DNA of 64,000 bases from Macrostomum lignano (lineage: Eukaryota): NCBI GenBank assembly GCA_002269645.1, contig NIVC01003968.1:3291-67290 (forward strand), read 5' to 3'. A program made the translations under genes and the position numbers. A model generated the notes under the pieces. It was not told the origin of the DNA. It made no database searches and saw only the letters and a program-made list of their open reading frames with translations. Position 1 is the stretch's first letter; each line of letters starts with the position of its first letter. Below, piece by piece: positions 57,629-64,000 of this stretch.

Positions 57629-60600
57629 TAGCAACAATTATCGCGAATTCAGGCCTCTGAATTTGTAAATAATGCGTATCGAAGTAATGCCAGACAGTAT
57701 AGTAACAGCAGAACGCATGCCGAATTCAATAAATTTCACAGAAAACCAAATAAAAATTTTGCACCTCGTGTACATACGCCGCTTGCACCTAGTCATGCGT
57801 CTGCCAGCCACAGTAGGCCGAATAATAAAGTACAAAGTACAGTAATTCCGAATGAGCATTCGAAGAAAGAATTCGAAGAAGATACGGAGAGAAAAGGACG
57901 AGAAGCAGTCGTCAATGGAATGCTAAGAAACCGAAAGGTCTACTTCCTGCTAGACACAGGAGCTGGACATAATTTCCTAAGCAAGAGTACTTGGAAAAAA
58001 TGTTCAGAAGTGATGAAATTGAGTTGACTACTAGAAGAGTGACTACGTTTGACGGATCAAGTGTGCGAATTGAAGGAGAAGTCAGAACGAAAATACGATT
58101 CGGAGAGATAGAGATTGAGACAGAGTTCCTGCTGTGCAATCACGAGTGTGACGACATACTCGGGATGGAGTTCTTCATGAACTTCTGCGACAGCATCAGC
58201 CTTTCCAGAGGAATGCTTGTATTAAAAGAAGGGACCTGCATCCCAATTCAGTTTACAAAATTACCCGTACGGGTTTGCCGAATTACAGCCATAACAGCGT
58301 GACTATACCAGCGAATAGCGCTCTTCGAATTCCAATTAGAATGACTAAAGGATCAGAAGCTAACTATGGAACGCCAATGGTCATTGACACCATTGGAGGC
58401 CAAGTGACTACGAAGAGAAATTCCTTAGAGATGATTCCTACTCTAGTGACCATGAACGATGGAACAGGAGTAGTGGAAATAATCAATCGACAGAATGACG
58501 ATATCAGACTGACAAGATCTACGCTGATTGGAGTGGCCAAACCCTTGAAGCCAGGAGGCCTGGCCTACTCTATTAACAGCAAAGGTCAAGCCAGTTCAGA
58601 TGATGCAATTAGGACAGTGAAGAGTGAAGAGAGTGAGTACAGCTGGATAAACGAGATCGATTTAGGAGAAGAGCTAACATCAGAACAGAAAGGACTAGTG
58701 ATCGATTTGCTAAAGAAGAACAAGGAAGCATTTTCGCAGACCAACCAAGACATGGGTCTCACCCATCTTGTGACTCATGAAATATCTCTAAAAGATACCA
58801 CACCGGTCAGGATTCCAACACGCAGAATTCCACCACATCTGCAAAAGCAAGTAGATGAGCAACTTGACGACATGCTTGCTAAGAACCTGATCCGACCATG
58901 CTATAGTACTTATTCAACGCCGCTAGTGATAGTTCCTAAGAAGGATGGATCCATAAGAATCGTCAGTGACTTCAGGGTCCTGAACTCGAGAGTGAACTAT
59001 TACCCATATCCATTGCCGAACATACAAGAGACTTTCGCTCAGTTATCTGGAAGCAAGTACTTCAGTAGTCTAGATTTAAACTCTGGATACTGGCAGGTAC
59101 CTATCAAAGAAGAGCACAAATTTATGACAGCCTTTTCCACCCTTACCAGAGGCCAGTTCGAATATCAGGTCATGGCACAGGGCTTGTCTAACGCTCCTGG
59201 TACATTCCAGAGACTCATGAATTTGGTGCTGATGGGAATACAGCACAAATTCGCGATGTCGTACATAGATGATATTGTGACATACTCAGAGAAATTCGAA
59301 GATCATCTCGGTCATCTGCAAGAAGTATTTCAAAGACTAATCTCAGCAGGACTAAAATTAAGACCAAAAAAGTGCAACTTGTTTCAGAAAGAGCTAAAGT
59401 ACTTAGGGCATATCGTAGGAAGAGAAGGGATTAGAACAGACCCAGCTAAGATCGAAGCGATACAGTCATGGCCTACGCCGAAAGAGGTCAAAGAACTGCG
59501 AAGCTTCTTGGGGTTGTGTAACTACTACTGCAGATTTGTAAAGAATTACGCAGAGGCAGCGCATCCGCTATTTCAATTAACTAAGAAAGGTATTCAAAAC
59601 TTTAGGGAAAAGTGGACCAAGAAGCATGACGAGGCTTTCCAGCAGTTGAAGCAGAGAATGACATCGACCGAAGTACTCGCGTACCCAGAATTCTCAGAGA
59701 ACGAAAATGTTCGAATGGTGTTAGACACCGACGCAAGCGAAGACCGAATTGGTGCTTGCCTGGGTCAAATACAATCGGACGGGGTTGAAAGACCCATTGC
59801 TTACTTCAGCAGAGCAATGAAAGAGTCTGAGAAAAGATATCCGATTACCAGAAAAGAGCTATTAGCGCTAGTAGATGGCATGAAACACTTCCGATTTTAC
59901 CTAATTGGCAAAAGGTTTCTGGCTCGCACAGACCACAAGGCAATCCTATGGCTATTGCGCCAGACCGAAGCCCAAGGAATTCTCGGAAGGTGGATTGAAA
60001 GATTGAGTGAGTTTCAATACGATATTGAGCACCGCAGTGGAGCTAAACATTCCAATGCAGATGGATTGTCACGGCGACCCTCGGAATTACCAGTCGAGCA
60101 GAAAGATACTAAGATCAAAGAGAATGAGGCCGAAATTCCTAAGATGACAATAGAAACCAGCGCTGTGAAACAAGTCGTGACTAGCAGCGTGAAAGATCAG
60201 AGTTGCCAGACCGACTTCACAGAAGAGTATGAATCAGATTCCGAAGACGAATTCGCAGATGATGAATACGAAGATGCCAGTGATCAGTTCGAAGATGATG
60301 ATGACATCTATGAAGATGCAAGAGACTATTTCGAAGAGGAAGAGACAGTGTGCAGAAGCTTCTGACAGATTACCTCTCGGTTCCATTGAAGAAAGAGCAG
60401 CTGACTTCAGCGCAGCATGCTGATCCTTCTATAAGAACCTTGATGGACTGGAAGCAGAAGAAAGTACGTGAGCCGAAGTTACCAGAAAATGCATCCGGAG
60501 AGTTGAAGAAGATGGTTAAGCTACGAGCAGATGAAAATCGAAGATGAAATGCTGACAGTCAGTGAAGACGGTAAACGAAAAGTAGTATTGCCAGAGAAGA

Positions 60601-62083
60601 TTGAGAAAGATGTATTCAAAGAGCTGCACGACAGTCCGCTAGCAGGCCACCTAGGTCGGGACAAGACGCTACAGCGAGTCCGAGACCGATTCTGGAGGCC
60701 GGGGTTAGTGACTGCAGTTGAAAAGTACATCGCAGAATGCATCCCGTGTCTGGAAAGTAAAAGCGGAAATAAAGTACGAGCACCGGTGCAGACCTTTCCG
60801 ATATGTGAGCCATTCATCGGCTGCACATAGATTTGATCGGTCCGATATCAAAGGAAAGCAGAAGAGGACACCGATATGTACTTACTGTTGTAGATAGTAC
60901 AACGAAAGTTCCCATTCGCTTTTCCGGTTCGGAATCAGAAATCCGCTACTGTTATCAAAACGATACAAGAGAGAATTTTCAGCGAGTATGGCCAGTGCAA
61001 TGGATACACACTGATAATGGCAAGACTTTTGTAAGTCACCAATTTCAGGCATTCTGTACCCTATACGGCATTAAGCATACTTGCACTACGCCTTACCATG
61101 CTCAGAGTAACGGGCTTGTCGAAAGATTTAACAAGCAAATTAAATCGATTGTAACCTGTTTGATTGAAAAGGATCATTCAGATTGGGATCTGCTCATACC
61201 CGCCGCTTTGGTAGCTGTGCGAACCAGTGTTAATCAAACTACTGGGTTCACACCACACTACTTACTATTCGGGAGAGAAGCAGATTTGCCAATAGATAGC
61301 ATTGTGAAAAGGCCAAGACTATACCGAGACTATCCTAGTTATGTGCTGGATCATGCGAAGAGAATCGAGGAGACAAAAGCAATTGTGCGAAGACAACTCG
61401 AAAAGGTGCGAGAGAAAAGGCAAGAGGACGAAGTTGAGAATCGTCAGCCTAAAAATGTGCCAGTTGGCTGTCTCGCTCTCATCAACAACCTCAACTTCAC
61501 CAAGAGGAGAGCCACAAGTTTCATCGAAAGAAGAGAGCAGCCTATCGAGTACTTGCGAAGATATCAGACACAGTGTTCCGTGTGCAAAGAGAAATCAATG
61601 GCGAAAGGAGCGGAGAAAAACTATTAGTACATAGAAATAATCTGACTCCAGTGCCGAAATCCGAAATTGATTTACCAGAGGAAATTAATAATAATTTAAA
61701 ACCAGCACCAGTGCAACTAAGAAGAAGAACCGAAGCCGAAGAAAAGAATTTGCCATAGACAAAAAGAAGTTAGAATTCCAGAAGTTCAAATTTTAGAGGA
61801 GGAAAGCTCAGACGAAGAAAACAGAATTCAATGGAGAGTATTCGCAGATCCGAATTCGCAGAGTGAAAACGAAGGAAATGAAGAATTGAACAGTGAGAAT
61901 ACAGAGAGAGCGACTGACTCAGATGAGCCATCAGAAGAAGAAGAAGGAGCATTAGAGTTAGAGGAGGAACGAGTTCAGCCAGAGAATAGGTATAACTTTA
62001 GGATGACTCAGCGAAGGAGAGAAAGAGAAGGCGCGACAGGATTTGTGCCCCGAAGGCGCTACGCGAAATATTTAGCACCTTAA
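57585..62083 (+). CDS. pol: Pol polyprotein (PR-RT-RNase H-IN), broken by roughly ten small indels in this assembly
   Basis: LLDTGA (about 57947), LDLNSGYWQV, SYIDDIV, LDTDAS, ARTDHKA, HDSPLAGHLG...CIPC (HHCC), VVDSTTK, IHTDNG and SNGLVERFN (DDE). Confidence 0.9.
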
Positions 62084-62332
62084 ATCATGACGTAAGCAAT
62101 TTCCCATAAGAAACAGTGTTAAATAGTTAAAATTCCGTATTAGAATTACTTATCTGCTTATAAAATTTGACATGCTGTACATAGAGCGAATCTGTAAATA
62201 CCATATTAATCTACAAAATGCGATCTTTAATTTGATACTTTACTCAAGAAAATCTATCAAAAAATAAAAAAGTTATAAAAAGAAATAGAAAATCCATAAA
62301 AATTTAGTTGTCAAATCTGTCAAATCTGGCAT

Positions 62333-62399
62333 GCCCCGCCCCACGCGCGAGGGAGTGCTTCGAAGAGGTCCAGTTTTTCGGCCCGCCAGCCTATAAATA
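62333..62399 (+). promoter_or_regulatory. Putative internal Pol II promoter for ORF3 (GC box + TATA)
   Basis: GCCCCGCCCC at 62333-62342 and TATAAATA at 62392-62399, about 80 nt upstream of ATG 62481. Confidence 0.55.
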
Positions 62400-62480
62400 C
62401 GAGCACCGCAGGCCCCACAGATCCCATAGCTCACTGCTAGCTTCCTTTCTATTCTAAGAGCCATTCGCAGAGAAATCAAA

Positions 62481-63355
62481 ATGAACAACTCTATTGATAT
62501 CTTGGACGAGTTAATTGGCAATCTGTCAGACGATATGGAGCCCCAGCCAGCGCCAACACCGACGAAAATGAGGCACCGCTTCGATGTGCAACACGTCCAA
62601 AGGCGCCTGGTGTATCCAGCAAACGGCCAAGAACATCATCGCCAGCTTCATCGCCTTGCCGCCAAATGAGGGTCGAAGGCCCCGAGCAGAAGCGCGCCGC
62701 CCTGGTGGCAGCACAGGCAGCTGCGCCCGTGCGCTCCTATGTTGTCAAGGCCACGCCAGGATCGTCGACATCAAGCCGAACGCAGCAGTTGGTGTCACCG
62801 CCAGCTGCCCCATCATCGAGAAAGACCCCGGCACCACGGCAGAAGAAATCGACAGCTGCGACACCGCCAGCTCAGCAGCCAGCGTCGCAGCCGAGCCTGC
62901 AATCAGCGCAGCAGTCAGCGCTGCAGCCGAGCCTGCAATCAGCGCAGCAGTCTAGCCAGCCATCAGCACTACAGCCGAGCCAGCAGCAATCGAATTCGCA
63001 GAGAGATTTTCATCGCATCGTCCGAGAACTTGTGGAGACTCGCGGAGCAGAGGTGGAAAAGCTACGCTTCCACATTGAGCAATACGCACTGAAAGTAGCG
63101 TACCACCGATCCGACAGCCGACAGCGCTACCCCCAATGCTCGCAAATTTGGACACACCTGAAGTTTCTGAGGGATCAATTCAGTTACCAGGAAGCTGTCG
63201 CTGTTCTCCAGGACGTCGCCTATCGCCTCCAGCGAGCTATAAGAGCCAACCCGCCGCCAGCGCTGACGGTCCTCGACGAAGAGTACCGATGGTTTTTCGC
63301 TCAAGTCGGCTGGCCCTACTATCGCGACCTCCCGGAGCCCTGCATGTTTATCTGA
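62481..63355 (+). CDS. ORF3 of unknown function (~290 aa if a 1-nt indel near 62540 is corrected; 229 aa from ATG 62666)
   Basis: The frame of 62666-63355 stays open upstream to about 62500. It has an S/P/A/Q-rich N-terminal half with SKRPR and a complex, helical-looking C-terminal ~95 aa, with no signal peptide or TM segment. Confidence 0.7.
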
Positions 63356-63627
63356 ACTATTGAGGTGAACTAACTTTTGCGTTGCCTTTAATAACAATTT
63401 TGCCTTTTATAATACTTTTATAATAGTTCGTTTTGCTTCCATAATAGTTCTCACTTTAATGGTTTACCTACATAATAGTTCTATCACAACCATTTTATGC
63501 ACCAATTGTTTTAGCACTGAATTGTGTTTTCTGCACCTTGCTTTGCACCTTTTCACCTGCATTTTCCTACGATATCAATTTTTCACTGTATACATATAAT
63601 ATAGTATTTCGTTCAAATTTGATATAT

Positions 63628-63640
63628 AGAGGAGGAAAGT
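63628..63640 (+). promoter_or_regulatory. Polypurine tract
   Basis: AGAGGAGGAAAG(T) directly before the 3' LTR TG. Confidence 0.85.
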
Positions 63641-64000
63641 TGTACTAGTGCTATGCCTTTATCATAGTATACTCGAATGTTCTTTCAATGTAATAACTGT
63701 ATATTCGAATCTTTCTTAGAAACTGAATCTACGCGAACGCCAAATAATAGTTTGTTTTAATGCGCGAAATAAATTGGAGAATTATTTTTTTGTTTTAATC
63801 GTATGTGGGGAAAATCACTATATATAGGAGCGGTTTTGCGACAAATATACTCCAACTGTCTTTTACTCGTGAGCAAATAATTGCGAACAGAATAAGCAGT
63901 TCAATCTAAACCATTTCAAAGTCTTTGAGCTAAATAGCGACTTATTTATTTGCAAAACCTGTGAAACGATTCTAAGAAATTTGCTAAGAGAAGGGAATTG
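63641..64000 (+). repeat. 3' LTR (partial)
   Basis: Matches 55746-56105 except for one C/T difference seen. Confidence 0.95.

Larger units (their letters stand above)
55746..64000 (+). mobile_element. Young, near full-length Ty3/gypsy LTR retrotransposon with an extra ORF3 (3' LTR cut by the window end)
   Basis: 5' LTR starts TGTACTAG at 55746 and 3' LTR at 63641. I saw one mismatch over the 360 bp comparable. PBS, gag, PR-RT-RH-IN and PPT are all present. Confidence 0.95.

Noticed and set aside
62481-63355. ORF3 as a retroviral-like env
   Set aside because: No signal peptide, RxxR cleavage site near a fusion peptide, or transmembrane helix.

Overview
Eukaryotic, repeat-rich DNA with GT-AG introns. 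The style (intronic minisatellites, poly-Q/G tracts, many intronless duplicates) suggests the flatworm Macrostomum, which is an inference. All recognisable host genes are on the minus strand. 1-24 kb holds tandem intronless duplicates: two Vav-like genes (CH-DH-PH-C1-SH2), four C-type lectin + PAN/apple-like genes (two intact, one frameshifted, one pseudogene) and two MATE/SLC47 transporters, mixed with LINE and LTR relics. 27-30 kb holds a two-exon neuropeptide-type GPCR whose intron is almost entirely (CCAA)n. 32-37 kb holds transposon debris and a foldback-like palindrome. 38-53 kb holds an Inturned-like gene and a 9-exon MINDY4B-like pseudo-deubiquitinase with different tandem repeats in most introns. 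55-64 kb holds nested 9-bp-TSD MITEs and a young Ty3/gypsy element. That element has a tRNA-Leu PBS preceded by degenerate PBS copies, a GGGAAAC -1 frameshift signal, and an extra non-env ORF3 behind its own GC-box/TATA promoter; ORF3 is the best novelty candidate. Many isolated 1-nt frameshifts are probably assembly errors. Homology calls come from manual motif recognition; no searches were run.
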